Below, in pieces: positions 25,431-37,839 of a stretch of DNA of 64,000 bases. The notes beneath the pieces were generated by a model, which saw nothing but the letters and a program-made list of their open reading frames with translations, was not told where the DNA came from and made no database searches. The stretch covers positions 301,010,001 to 301,074,000 of the forward strand of contig OZ024740.1 of NCBI GenBank assembly GCA_964016885.1, read 5' to 3'. Numbering within the stretch: the first letter of the stretch is position 1; each line of letters opens with the position of its first letter. Position numbers and translations under genes: made by a program. The stretch comes from Eledone cirrhosa. Lineage: Eukaryota.

Positions 25431-28400
25431 TATTTGGTTTGCTTAATATGACAATACGTAATTTCTCGTATATCCGTCACACATTTCATCTATTTTTCTT
25501 TTAATTTAAATCATTTCGCGGAAATCAGGAATTTTAAAAGAAAGCTATTGTTTGTTTTTTTCCCCGCAGTGGAATTATGCGATATAACTACAATCATACT
25601 TTTATTTTATGTTTTAAAATAAGCTTTCGAAAAGTAATCCATTTTCATGTGGAATATAGTTGCTGGAGATATGATCATTTATCTATATTTGTTCATGTTA
25701 ACATAGGTTTTTTGTGAGTTGACGCTCTTATGTTACTGTTCACTGACCCGCAATAGTCCTCAGCAATACACTCTTTGGATGATGTACTCTTTGAGGGTGT
25801 AGTACCACATATTTGATAGACCAGTTACTATAGATATGTTAAAAGCACATGTAGAATTCATGCGATTTGAAAAGATATTCAAAATTGTATAAAAATCTGT
25901 ATATATAAATCTGATTTGTTGCTCCTTATCTTTACAGCTTTACCCGTGGTTATAAATCATGTATTTTTTCAAACTACTCTACTCTATGAATCACATCACA
26001 TGGAACATGAATAACAGAATAGGACAAAAGAAGTGGGAATAATGTTATTAATATTATAGCATATCTCAGATTCTCTCAGTGCAGATCCATCGCTTAACTC
26101 TGCACAACTCTCTAAGCAATGCGCAGTGTGAGTCGTTTCGTTTTGATTCATTGCTTTCTAATTAGTGATAATAATTTATATTATATGGATCTTGTTTATA
26201 TAGGTTAGTCAATGGGTTCATGACTACATAATTATCAATCATTTGCAAAGTCCCTACAAATATAATTGTTTCTATTTTCTGTGTCACACCTTTTTACCAG
26301 TATTGTTAGATCATAATAATATGGAATATATTCTTTATAACATTTAGGGATTTATTACCGTTTGGGAGGATTAATAAAACGACTAGGAGGAACATGTTTA
26401 CCTGGCGCACGTTCAGTAAATTATCTCACCCATTTTAATATATCTCCATGCAAGGTTAAATATTCTGATGTATGGACGCTCATGGTTTGAGAAATCTTCT
26501 GTTCAATGTACATGAAAATACTTTGACATCGATATTTTATAAGGATGTGATACTTCACTCTATCGTAATCGTACATACATATGTATTTCTCTTCTATATA
26601 AATGGGCTGCCAGAAACAAGGTAATTGATTATTTCCTCCAGAACTCCATGTATAAACATTGATTAATTTTAGGATTTTGGTATTTTATATAGAGGAGAAT
26701 TCGGTCTACACATTCAATAAAAAATATTATCGTTGAAGGTGCGTTATTCGCTTTACAACCATTAATAACATTTTGTTTATGTAGCTCCTGCTTCCTTTAT
26801 GGACATTTAGATGAATTTAATTCCATGTAAATCATCTATTCAGATAATCATCATTGTAGTTAAAGTTTATGAAATTTTACAAGACACGTTATATATCCTG
26901 AGATATTGAGGTATATTTCTTCTCTTTTAAGATTAAGGGCATTGAGTCTTATTGGCAACGTCAAGTTTAGTCTATGTTATTATGGAATTAAATAGTTTGC
27001 TAACATTCTATGTATGATAACTATTTTATCCTGTTGTTTATTTTCTGAAGTTTAACGCATTCCAGAAGTTGCTTTCTTGTAGCATCTTGCCTCCTATAAT
27101 TGCAGCAGCGTTCGTTGCTGGAATATTGTTCTCTTTGATGAACCGAGTATTATCAAAATTCCAGCTTACTCCGCTTTAATTTCCTTTTGTATTGGTGTTG
27201 CATAACATTTTTTTTTTTTATATTTCTGCAAGATGCTTGATAAAACCCATTTTGGACTGAGGCTGGATTGCCTATCTTGTTCTGAGATATGCTCTTACAT
27301 TATACCAATATAGATTCATCAATATTTCGCCTCGATCTATTTTGATATGCATTTCTTGATTTCGAATACTTTTTTTAGTTTTATGCTATATGTGTTTGTT
27401 GTTACTATATATTTGGTTGTGGTGTTTTGTGGTGGATTCCATTAATAATTGAGAGATATTATACGTTATTGTAAATGCTTGCTGTATATTTATTTTCCTC
27501 GTTATTTACTGAAAATATTCCTATACTTTGTTCATTACATACTATATTTCTATTATTATTGTAAGGGAAACAATTCTGTTGAAGGTTTTATGTTTGTAGT
27601 TTTTTATTATACACTTGAAGAGGATATTCGAAACATACATTTGCATTTCACTCTTAATCTTTGTACTTGTCTATTGTTTTTCCATTCCATATTCTTTCTT
27701 TTAAGTATTGTATTTCTATGTTTAATATCAGTCTGTGTTTTGAGAATTCATTGGATTAACTATTTTGTTATTGGATCGTATACTACCTTTAGATAAGTTA
27801 TACTTTCAATAATTTATATATGAAAATATTGATGGAATACAGAAACAGTTCAATCAAGCATTTTCTGTTATAAATTCAGTTTATCGGGGATATATGTAGC
27901 AATAACTGGGCAGCCTGAAAATGTATGGTTAATAGTATTATTCTAATCATTAAGCACAATGAATCGGTGAAATATTTCGACAAATAACTCACGAAATTTA
28001 TTTACGATTGTTTACGTTGCAAAAGAGGATGTGCATTTACTTATTATTTCAATATTTGAAAATGAATATAATACCATAAGTTAAGGCTTTTTTTTTCATG
28101 AAGGTTTCACAAGGTAAAACCAGAATATTCTTCGAAGTCTAGATGGAAGTACAAAAATTGTTTATGTTATATGACTTCACGATGTCACATGTTCCTTCAT
28201 TTCAAGAAAGTTGATGATTTACAAAATTTTCTGTTACATATGAAATAGAAAAATAATAATCATGATGCATTCAAAAATTACTCATACATGCATAAAAATA
28301 CCTATGTTTTATTTATTACTTCGATAAGAAAAAAAGTTAGCATAACTGCTTCCACTTTCCAGTTCTTTTGAACATTCTTCTCAGAATGTTAACTTTGTTG

Positions 28401-28556
28401 CCGCTTCGAGAAATGATTTAATGAAGGATGAACAAATAGTTTCTGACACATGTACTATGCCTCACACTGAAATAAATGAATGAATATAAACGTGCGTGTA
28501 TATATATATACACGCACACACACACATACACAGACACACACACACACGCACACACA

Positions 28557-28614
<58 letters not shown>

Positions 28615-28630
28615 CTTATATCTATATATA

Positions 28631-29193
28631 AACGGAAAAAATGAAACGATATTTTATTTCTCACTCTTATTATGGCTGTTACTTAAATATAAGTAGGTAT
28701 ACGTACATACATATATGTATACAGACGTAGAGTACTATGTATATATATATATACATACATGCACACATATATATATGTACGTATGGATTCACCGAACATT
28801 TATTATAATGCTCGGTGTGTTTGTAAACAAACATCCCGAATTAAGCCGTACAGTGTCTAGCAACCATCGTTGCTCATTTGTTCAACACTGACAAAGGAAC
28901 GGTGTACTAGTTTCAAGCTTATTAGCTATCGTCAGCAACGTATACCTACCTGCCAGATGATTGAACGTCTGAAGGTATATACTTTGCTTATGCATATTGA
29001 CGGCTGAGCAGCCTAATTTGCATATCGAGTGAGTTAATCTGTATATATATATGTATGTACGTATACATACTTATATTTAAGTAACAGCCGTACTAAGAGT
29101 GAGAAATGAAATTTCGTTTCATTTTTTCCGTTTATCGTTTTCGGTGCGCCCGGCCGATTAACTCACTCGATATGCAAATTAGGCTCCTCAGCC
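28631..29193. repeat. Interlocked inverted repeats at a PLE end
   Basis: 28631-28725 is the reverse complement of 29039-29133; 29001-29039 is the reverse complement of 29156-29194. Confidence 0.85.
28900..28940 (-). ncRNA. Minimal type I hammerhead ribozyme
   Basis: Minus strand CGTTG-CTGACGA-T-AGCT(AATA)AGCT-T-GAAAC-TA-GTA-CACCG; palindromic ACTAGT helix III, GUA triplet, helix I with one mismatch. Confidence 0.7.
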
Positions 29194-29199
29194 GTGAAA

Positions 29200-31500
29200 T
29201 CATTATACATATTTCGATGGTCCAGCTCCATCAGCCAATTATGTTGCAAGACAGGGCGATCTCATCAGGCGACTTCCACAGAATTACTTAACAGGATTAC
29301 GTTAAACCCAAACAGATAATGGGTGATACGGAAAAAAGAGAAGAGAAAATTGAAAATTGTAAATCGGATTCGGAGACTGCCTGTACAAAAAAATGTTGTA
29401 TTGTAGTAATGTGCTTTTGTTTATCATATTTAAACGAGTGCAACCATGTATTATAATGGGTCTTAAATGGTTTAGTGTGGCTCCGATATATGAACTACTA
29501 GAGTGCTGTATTTTTAGAGTACATTTATATACAACAAAAGTAGTTAGGTATAAACCGCCAAGAGGACACATATTAGGATCCCTAAAGTTACATTCTATAT
29601 TGGACAAAGCGACGGTATCTACTGGAGAGTTTAAGGTGTTTACGCTGATATACCAAGGTCTGTTGAATGTACTTACATTCGTAATTTGATATTAGGTGGA
29701 TTGCTTTGAAAATATGAGAGGAGACTATATATGGGTGCTGATTCGTGAAAGCAATTTGCAGCTAATGCGTAAATCCCGAAAACTTACTCACTTTTATTTT
29801 TTGTTTTTTTGCATAATCCTATAATAAATGTTAAGCTACTTTTTTAATTATGTATTATTTTAATCCAACGTTGTTTGAATGATTATCTTCACATTTGACG
29901 GTTTACCCAATGGGATTAGGTAAATCTAGAAATATCATTATCATGGCCATAACAGCAAAGTTGTAAGGAAATGGTAGGCATTTCCCATACACTTTGGGCA
30001 AAAGCAAATAGGAAATAATAGTTCCTAGCCAAGGAAAATAATCTTTTTACACAATGTTATTGATGATATTAGATGATACATGCATGGCGAGTTCCTGGTG
30101 GCTGATAAATGCTATACAATCCGCTAAGCCAGGGGCGGTAGAAAATGTTAACTTAACTATTTTTATTGATTAATTTATGGCATTTGTGGTTAGGTGAGAA
30201 ATTACTATCTAGAATGTGAAAGAATATTTTATGTATATTAGATTTAATATTTAGTCTATGTGGTGGGTTAAACCATGAGCGCTTTCGTTTTCTTATTAGC
30301 TATAACATTTTTCTTATTCGGGGAATTGTTGTTAGTTTGTTGCTTGTTATTGTGATAAGATTGCTCCTATCAATGTGGCGTTACTGGATATTTTGGATTG
30401 CTATTTATATTTATGCCAAACATAGTATTAGTTTGAAACCAATATATTTATTTCTATTAATTGTACCGTATATATGAGTTTCCTTTCCTATTTATACCAG
30501 AGCAAGTGTTACTCTTGTTAAAATTATTATTTCGTTTACTAGTTTGTGCGACTATATTCACATTATTAAAGAATAGCATTGAATCACTATCAGGGATTTA
30601 CGTAATCTTACTTCTATATCCTGATAATAACAGTGCATCATTATATTAGGAGTCTGTGGTGTTAAATATTTCTTCATTCGCTGATGGCTTCGAGATTCTC
30701 TGTGATAGGCTTTCAACTATTGGGTTAATAATAGACATTGATTGTTTGATAATCTATTTACATAAGATAGGAATTCGCTTGGCTTATGGCAGGTTTGGTA
30801 AAGTCCAGTATCTTCATCAAAAGTAGCATCCCGGAAATTCAACAACTTATGGTTAGAATCAATAGTTTTGGTGGATACCTGACATTTGAAGAACTTACGT
30901 AAATGTCCATTGAGGTTTTCAATACTGAGAGTGTTATAATTATTTACGGTAAACATCACCTCGTCTCTATGTAAACCACCTTGGTAGGGTTTTCCTGTAT
31001 GGACTTATGCAATAGATAAATGCCAACCAAATCCGTGACTTGCGCAAAGTCACTGGAACACATGCAGATGGAAACATTGTTTGATCTTTTGGCTCCAGTC
31101 CACAGAGAACCAGCGAACTCAAGTATTGTACATTTAGCTCTGAGAATAATTTCTATATCCTTTTCAGTTAGAATAGTGCATTCGTAGCAAAAAATTAAAA
31201 CCTTATTTAAAATAATGGGACATATAGAGGTGTAGTAATTATTTGTGTGTAGTTGTATGAATTTAAGCTTGTCCGTGTTTTAAATATTTTAAAAACTAAT
31301 TTATAACCTCATCTGTGTCGTCCTAACGATTAATTTTAATTCTATTTTTTTTTATTTTGGTAACATAGGTATTACACTGATTTCTTGTTGCTCAAATTTA
31401 GATTAGAATAGATCTCATATTTTTATCGGTATCATGGTTCATTTGTTGGCAGTCAATAAAATGAAAATAACCCATATACTTATGTCGCCTTCAAAGATAC
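29200..31500 (-). mobile_element. Decayed PLE (RT + GIY-YIG), Hydra-clade-like
   Basis: GGLHRDE (GLYRDD), LNFRDATF..TGLYQTCHKPS..YVNRLSN, CNFRDPNMCPLGG..VVYKC..YIGAT; a second degenerate HHR (CTGATGA..GCAAC) at ~29232-29268 on the minus strand. Confidence 0.8.
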
Positions 31501-31683
31501 ATTCTGATTAGTACTGGCAGATATTCTCCAAAGACAAAATTATTAGATGACACTATTTACATATGGCAAAATGAGTTATATTCGATATTTTAAATATAAG
31601 GACGGGATATTTAATTCGTAACTCACGTAGAACATTCAAAATCACGTGGTGAAATTTTCAGAAAGGATAATAATAATAGTAAT

Positions 31684-31871
31684 AATTGTTTCTACTTTTG
31701 GCACAAGGCCAGCAATTCACCAGTGTATTACTGGTACTTTATTTTATCGACCCCGTAAGGATGAAAGGCAAAGTTAACCTCGGCGGGATTTGAACTCAGA
31801 ATGGCAAGGGCCATAACTCTATGCGTCAAAGCATGGCGTCCGATCCTCTACCGATACTGCCAATCCACCGG
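31684..31871 (-). mobile_element. tRNA-derived SINE
   Basis: A and B boxes; body GCCTTTCATCCTTACGGGGTCGATAAAATAAAGTACCAG on the minus strand. Confidence 0.85.
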
Positions 31872-31890
31872 CCTATACTGCCAATCCACC

Positions 31891-33270
31891 ATAATAATAA
31901 TGATAGTAATATTAATAATAATGCTTTCTTTATTAACCACAAGGGTTTACATAGAGTAGACATTAAGGACAGTACAGGACAATACAGGACGGTACAAATG
32001 GGCATTTCTGCGTCTAAAAAACAAAAACAGAGGATGTAACAAAAAAAATAACAATGAAAAATTCCCCAATAGGAGGGAGATTTCGGAGGGACATTTCTGG
32101 AGAAAGCCCATTAAAAGACCACAGTGAATATGACGACCAAGGCAAGTGCCCTCTCCCAGTTTTCCACCTGTAATTTAAAGACACATACTCAGAGTAGGCC
32201 CATTCACTCGGTCTATACTTGCGTCTCTCACCCATCTTTCAATAAAATGCTGGGAAGAAAGCACTTCCCTCTCTACCCTGATTTTCCTTTTCTAATGAAA
32301 TTTGAAAAAGTTAATCATGGTATCACCGCAGAGGTAAGTGCTCGTCTTCAGCCCTTTCAAACGTGTCCACCATACTATCTCTTTCGCCATGGCCACCAGA
32401 CAGATAAAAACTGCCTGCCCTTCCCGGCTAAAGGAAGAGGGCGGGCAATCCTCACGATGGACTCAGCTGATTGCTGGTTCCGTCCTACACGTGACAGCAG
32501 GTGTTCGACATAAACCCACAAGTCAGCCATGCTCGGACACTGGACGAGTGCGTGCAGGCCGGTTTCTTCACCCTGCGCGCATCTCGGACATGCCCGGTAG
32601 AGTTTATGCCGAACTGGCAAGGCTCCTCGGTAGCACTGCCAGGCCAGGGATTTCTGGAAGTTGTCCATAGGCCCCGACCCGAAAGTTCTTCCGAAGGGAT
32701 TGACTAGTTGATTTTCATCGACGCCTAGAGTTTCTCCAAGTACGTCGTTGCTCTTCCCCTCCACTAATCCTCTATAGAACGCCAAGGTGTAGTTTCCACC
32801 GATCACAATGCCGAGGGCTGTGAGTGCCTGAAGACATTCCAGTCTCCAAGCGCTCCCTCTCGGTCTTCGCTTGACCCAGGACTGCAACTCCATCAAGGAG
32901 ACGAGCTGGGGAAAGACGTGTCTAGCAAACGGCGACCACACCTGATCACCGTCGAGGAAGAGGTGTAGATGTCGTAGCCTGAGTGCGTCTCTGCGCATCA
33001 TCAGCCACGGCATGCCTAGCCCTCCACGTAGCGGGTGTTGACAGCATATGGGCCGCCTGACCATCGGAGCCCGTCCCTTCCACAAAAAGCGAAAGAGCAA
33101 ACGCTCCAGCTCAGTCAGGCGGGGCTTAGGACAAGGTACGACGGTCAGGCGGTAGTAGATAACGGACGCGATGTACGCGTTGGCCACCTCCGCTCGACCT
33201 TTCAGGGATATCTTCCTCTCCGCCCATTTCTAGGTGAGAGAAGACACCCTGCTCATCACCTCGTCCCGTG
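31891..33270 (-). mobile_element. 5'-truncated Tx1/L1-like LINE (ORF2 C-terminus, zf-RVT)
   Basis: LFRFLWKG..GGLGMP, CPRCAQGEETGLHALVQCP; AATAAA followed by an (ATT)n tail at ~31935-31891. Confidence 0.85.
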
Positions 33271-36199
33271 GGTTGAGGTTACGCGGGAACTTATCCCAGA
33301 GTAGCACTACTGCCATCGGCATGATATTATTTCTAGGGTTTTCAGGCAGAAGCTGGCTAAGCTAATTGATCTAATAAAAAAAGGGAAGGTTTTCGGGCCT
33401 GTTAGGTGCCAGATGTATACTGTTGAGTGGCAGAAGAGAAGTTTGCCACACGCGCACATTTTGGTTTAGTTGGTCACTAAAATAGACCCTACATTTCTAG
33501 ATGACGTCATCGCAGCAGAAATACCGGACCCGGTTGTTGACCGGCAGCTGTACGACATTGTGAAGGCACACATGGTGCACGGTCCGTGCGGTCCCGGTTT
33601 TCAAGAGTTCTCTTCATGCCACAAGGACCATGTGTGCACTAAACGATACCCCAAGAGGTTTGTTGAGGAGACACAGACCGGCGGCGACGGATACCCACTG
33701 TACAGACGAATGCGGCCTGAGAACGGTGGATTCACTATGACGTTACGGGGTCATCAAGTTGATAATAGGTGGGTGGTCCCGTACTGTCCATTTCTGATGA
33801 AAACTTTCAACGCTCATATAAATGTGGAGTTCTATCATTCATTGAAGTCGATAAAGTACATATGTAAATATGTTAACAAGGGTTCCGACGCTGCCATGTT
33901 CGGCCTTCAAAACGACAATAGCAGGGACGAGGTCTCGGAGTACTTGGCAGGTCGATATATCAGCAGTGGTGAAGCCTTTTGGCGGATATTCGGGTTTCCA
34001 CTTCATCAAAGGTACCCCGCCATCATACAACTAGCGGTTCATTTGGAAAACGGCCAGTGGGCTTACTTTACTGAACAGACTGCTGCTCATTTGGCAGCCA
34101 ACTCAAAAGAAACAACTTAGAATGGTTTTGTTACGCTTTGCCAACTTGACACATTTGCAAAAACACTTTCATATCCTCAGGTCCCGTCCTACTACGTGTG
34201 GTCAAACAACACTTGGGTGCGTAGGAAGTCAGGTCAGGATGTTGAAGGACATCCTAATGTCAAGTTTGACAGTTGTCTAGGAAGAGTGTACACTGTACCA
34301 CCCAACCAATATGAGTGTTTTCACCTGCGCATTCTGCTCCATGAGGTTTTTGGCCCACAAAGCTTTCGAGACAACTGTTGACGGTGAATTATGTGATACT
34401 TTCCGGGAAGCCTGATTTAGGCGTGGCCTTTTGGAGGATGATTCACAATGGGGTGCCATTATGGGAGAGGGCGTTTTGTTGAAATCTCCTAAAAGACTAA
34501 GATCGCTTTTCGCTATTCTACTCCTATGGTGCGACTTGGGTGATCCGCCCTCTTTATGGCTTAACTATAAAAGATTACATGTCTGAAGATCTCCTGCGTC
34601 ACGCTCAGTTGCTAAACCCATCGATCGAGGTCGGGTACAGTGACCTCATTTACAACAGGGCGCTGCTTGAAATCGGAGATACTGTTCTCGATATGGGCGG
34701 TAGTGCGTTGGCGGTGTTTGGCCTACCTTCAACAAACTGGAAAGGCGCAAACACTCTGTCTTCGGATTTGCTGCGTGAGACATCTTATAATGTTGACGAG
34801 CTTGCCCAGTACATAGCGGAGAATGAACCAAAGCTCCTTCCAGAACAGAAATTCGCTTACAACTCCGTTGTTAATTCTGTCCGGGGCAAAGCTGGGCGTA
34901 TTTTCTTGCTGGACCCTCCTGGGGGGAGTGGGAATACTTTTGTCACCAAATTAATATTACCTGAGATTAGGCGAACAGAAGGCATTACCTTAGCTGTGGC
35001 ATCATCTGGAATTGCGGCTACTTTGTTGCCGCTGGCAGGACAGCTCACTCCTATTTCAAGCTCCCGCTTGACTTAGCGAAGACTGAGACACCCACTTGCA
35101 ACATCAGTAAGAGTTCCGATCAGGCAGAAGTGTTCAGACGATGGAAGCTTATCGTTTGGGACGAATACACGATGGCCCACAGAGGTGCTCTTGAGGCGCT
35201 AGATAGAACTCTGAGACACATCAAAGACTCTACGGCTCCCATGGGAGGCATAACACTTCTTCTTTCAGGGGACTTCAGGAAAACGCTTCCCGTTATTCAC
35301 AAGGGCACTAGAGCTGAGGCAGTAGGTGCGTGTCTTAAGTCATCCGCATTGTGGCCCCTGGCTGGTGAAGACTCTGAAACTTCACACTAACATGCGTGTT
35401 CATATGCGAGGTGATATCGCATCAGCATCATTTTTCTCACACCCTCCTTGCACTTGGCGAAGGCAAAACGCCCGGGGATGAAAATGGTAATATTGCCATC
35501 GACTCACTTTGAACCGTTGTTAGTACGCCTTCTGATCTCAGGGATGCAGTGTTCCCAGATCTCCAAGCAAATTATCAGAATATGGATTGGCTTGCCCAAA
35601 GGGCTATTCTGGCCCCGAGGAATAAAACTGTTAACCATATTAATGACAAATGCTAAAACTCATTCCTGGGGATGGCTATGTATATAAGTCTATCGATAGA
35701 ACTCCTAACCCTGTGGACGTCATCAACTATCCAATAGAGGTACTAAATTCCTTTGAGCCCCCCGGATTACCCCCACAAATTTTGAAACTTAAAGTTGGTG
35801 TCCCTATAATGCTCATTCGAAATTTGGTTCAGCCGAAACAATGCAATGGCACACGATTGTCGTTAAGTCCTTAGCTCCCAATCTGATTGAGTCTACGATA
35901 ATCACATGGTGAGGTCGGGGCAAGGTTGTGCTCATACCGAGGATGCATCTTTCCCATCAGGAGCAGACCTACCTTTCACATTTCGGAGGTCCCAGTTCCC
36001 GGTCAGGCCATGCTTCGCAATGTCAATTAACAAAGCACAGGGGCAAACACTGTCTGTGGCGGGAATACATTTAGGGGAGCCGTGTTTCTCTCATGGTCAG
36101 CTTTACGTTGGATGCTCGCGTGTCGGCAGCAAGAGTTATGATTTCGCGTTCGTTCCGCAAGGAAACCAAAAAAACATTGTGTACAAGGAGGTTTTATAG
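33268..36199 (+). pseudogene. Helitron Rep-helicase (HUH Rep + PIF1-like helicase), 5'-truncated, with stops and frameshifts
   Basis: VEWQKRSLPHAHIL, KYICKYVNKG, DPPGGSGNTF, WDEYTMAH, GDFRKTLPV, QFPVRPCFAMSINKAQGQTL, HGQLYVGCSRV, KNIVYKEVL*. Confidence 0.95.
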
Positions 36200-36249
36200 G
36201 ATTACCTCGATTCCTAATGTTATAACTTTTCGTGAGTACTTTCTAAGTA

Positions 36250-37830
36250 AGTTAACCTTCACTGCAGTGTACTGGACACTCCCCACCATCTGCCGTACAA
36301 AAGCTGATTCTCGCGGCGTTACAAACATTCATTGCAACTCCGACCCTACCCAAATATCAGCTGTTGCTCCTCACCAACCCCCATTTGGTGGGCCTCGGAG
36401 GACCGTGGACAGGTTAGTATTTCACCTCCGTACGACTCTCAAAGGGTGAACAATGCTTTAATGACGGGATTTACATCTTTAGGTGGTTCCCTGAAATTAC
36501 TTCAAACTTCACCAACACCTGGCCTCCGCTCTATTTTCCTCCCACCGTCGGCACAGCAGCAGGCTCATATTCTACGTCTGACGTACATGATGCACCAACC
36601 ATACAATGAGCCCTCTTCCTCTTTTTTTGGTTGTCATCACTCGACAATATTTTCAGGCACCTGTTTGCGGTTCCCTCAATCCACCCCTCCCCCTGTTGAA
36701 AGATGTCATGCAGAACAACTTTATCGCAGCTCTGTTGTTCGGCTGGCATCGTCTCACCGCGTGTTGCGCAAGTACTGTGAAACAATAAATTTGAACACTT
36801 CTTTGCACAGAGAAAATATCAATAGGCGAAACTACAATTGGCACTGCTGGTGCAGCTCCTGCTTCGGCAGTGTAGGTTTGCATCTCATTCAACCAGTGCC
36901 TGGCAGACCTAAAGTGCCTACTCAGGTCCTTATCTACGCGGACACCTAACCAAAAGATACTCCACCAGACATGACAACTGCTGCAGGCTAGCCCACTGCC
37001 CCATCAACGACACAGACCTATGCCACCAGGCTTACGTAGTATACAGACTAGAGTGTGACAAATGCAGCAACTTCTACGTAGGTAGCACCACCAGACCACT
37101 CCACATAAGAATAAAAGAACACCTCAATACTAACGCTTCGTCATTTACGAAACACCTAGTTAAATTCAAAAACACCGACAAAACCATAACAGTTAGGAGA
37201 GAAACTAAGGAAAGAAACCTCGTCATTCTTAGAATTAAGGAAGCACTAATTATAGAGAAAACACAACCACCAATCAATAATAGACTAGAACTCAACACCC
37301 AATTTACAACTTGATAGAGCTTCTAGCCCCATATTTACACACACACACCCCACACACACACGCACACACACACGTACGCACGCACACACGCTTACACCTC
37401 CACTTATTCTCTCTCATATATACACACACAAAGACAAGTTCTAACACGAGATAACTCTATCCCCCACATTCACGTATAGACGTATCTTCTCACACTCACA
37501 CACACTCACATACTTACACCTTCATGCATTCTCCCACACACATAAACAGGCATGTACAAAGAAAAAACCCGTTTAAAGGAAGACTACTCTTAACTCTTTG
37601 ACATTAGAGATAGAACAGATACTTTATACCATTTCCTGTCAGCATGACATGGCAAGCTATTTAGAACACTGGTTTAACCGCTTTACTTCCCTCCGAAGAA
37701 GAGATATTATCTCGAAAATTAAGGACATTTAAATAAATCTAAGGTAAAAGACTAATTATCAACAATATCTTTTGCATTTGCATTCTTTATTCTATGTCCA
37801 TACCTTCATTGTTTTGTCTTTATTATACAT
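36250..37830 (+). mobile_element. Decayed PLE of a different lineage (clade uncertain)
   Basis: Open GIY-YIG frame 36961-37314 missing from the ORF track: CCRLAHCP..CHQAYVVYRLECDKCSNFYVGSTTRPLHIRIKEH..IKEALII..PPINNRLEL*; HHR in the 3' end. Confidence 0.8.
37688..37725 (+). ncRNA. Minimal HHR variant (CCGAAGA core)
   Basis: CCT-CCGAAGA-A-GAGAT(ATT)ATCTC-GAAA-AT-TA-AGG. Confidence 0.6.
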
Positions 37831-37839
37831 ATACAAAAG

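Noticed and set aside
33470-36199. Host PIF1 helicase gene
   Set aside because: Fused to HUH Rep motifs, intronless and disrupted, so a Helitron remnant
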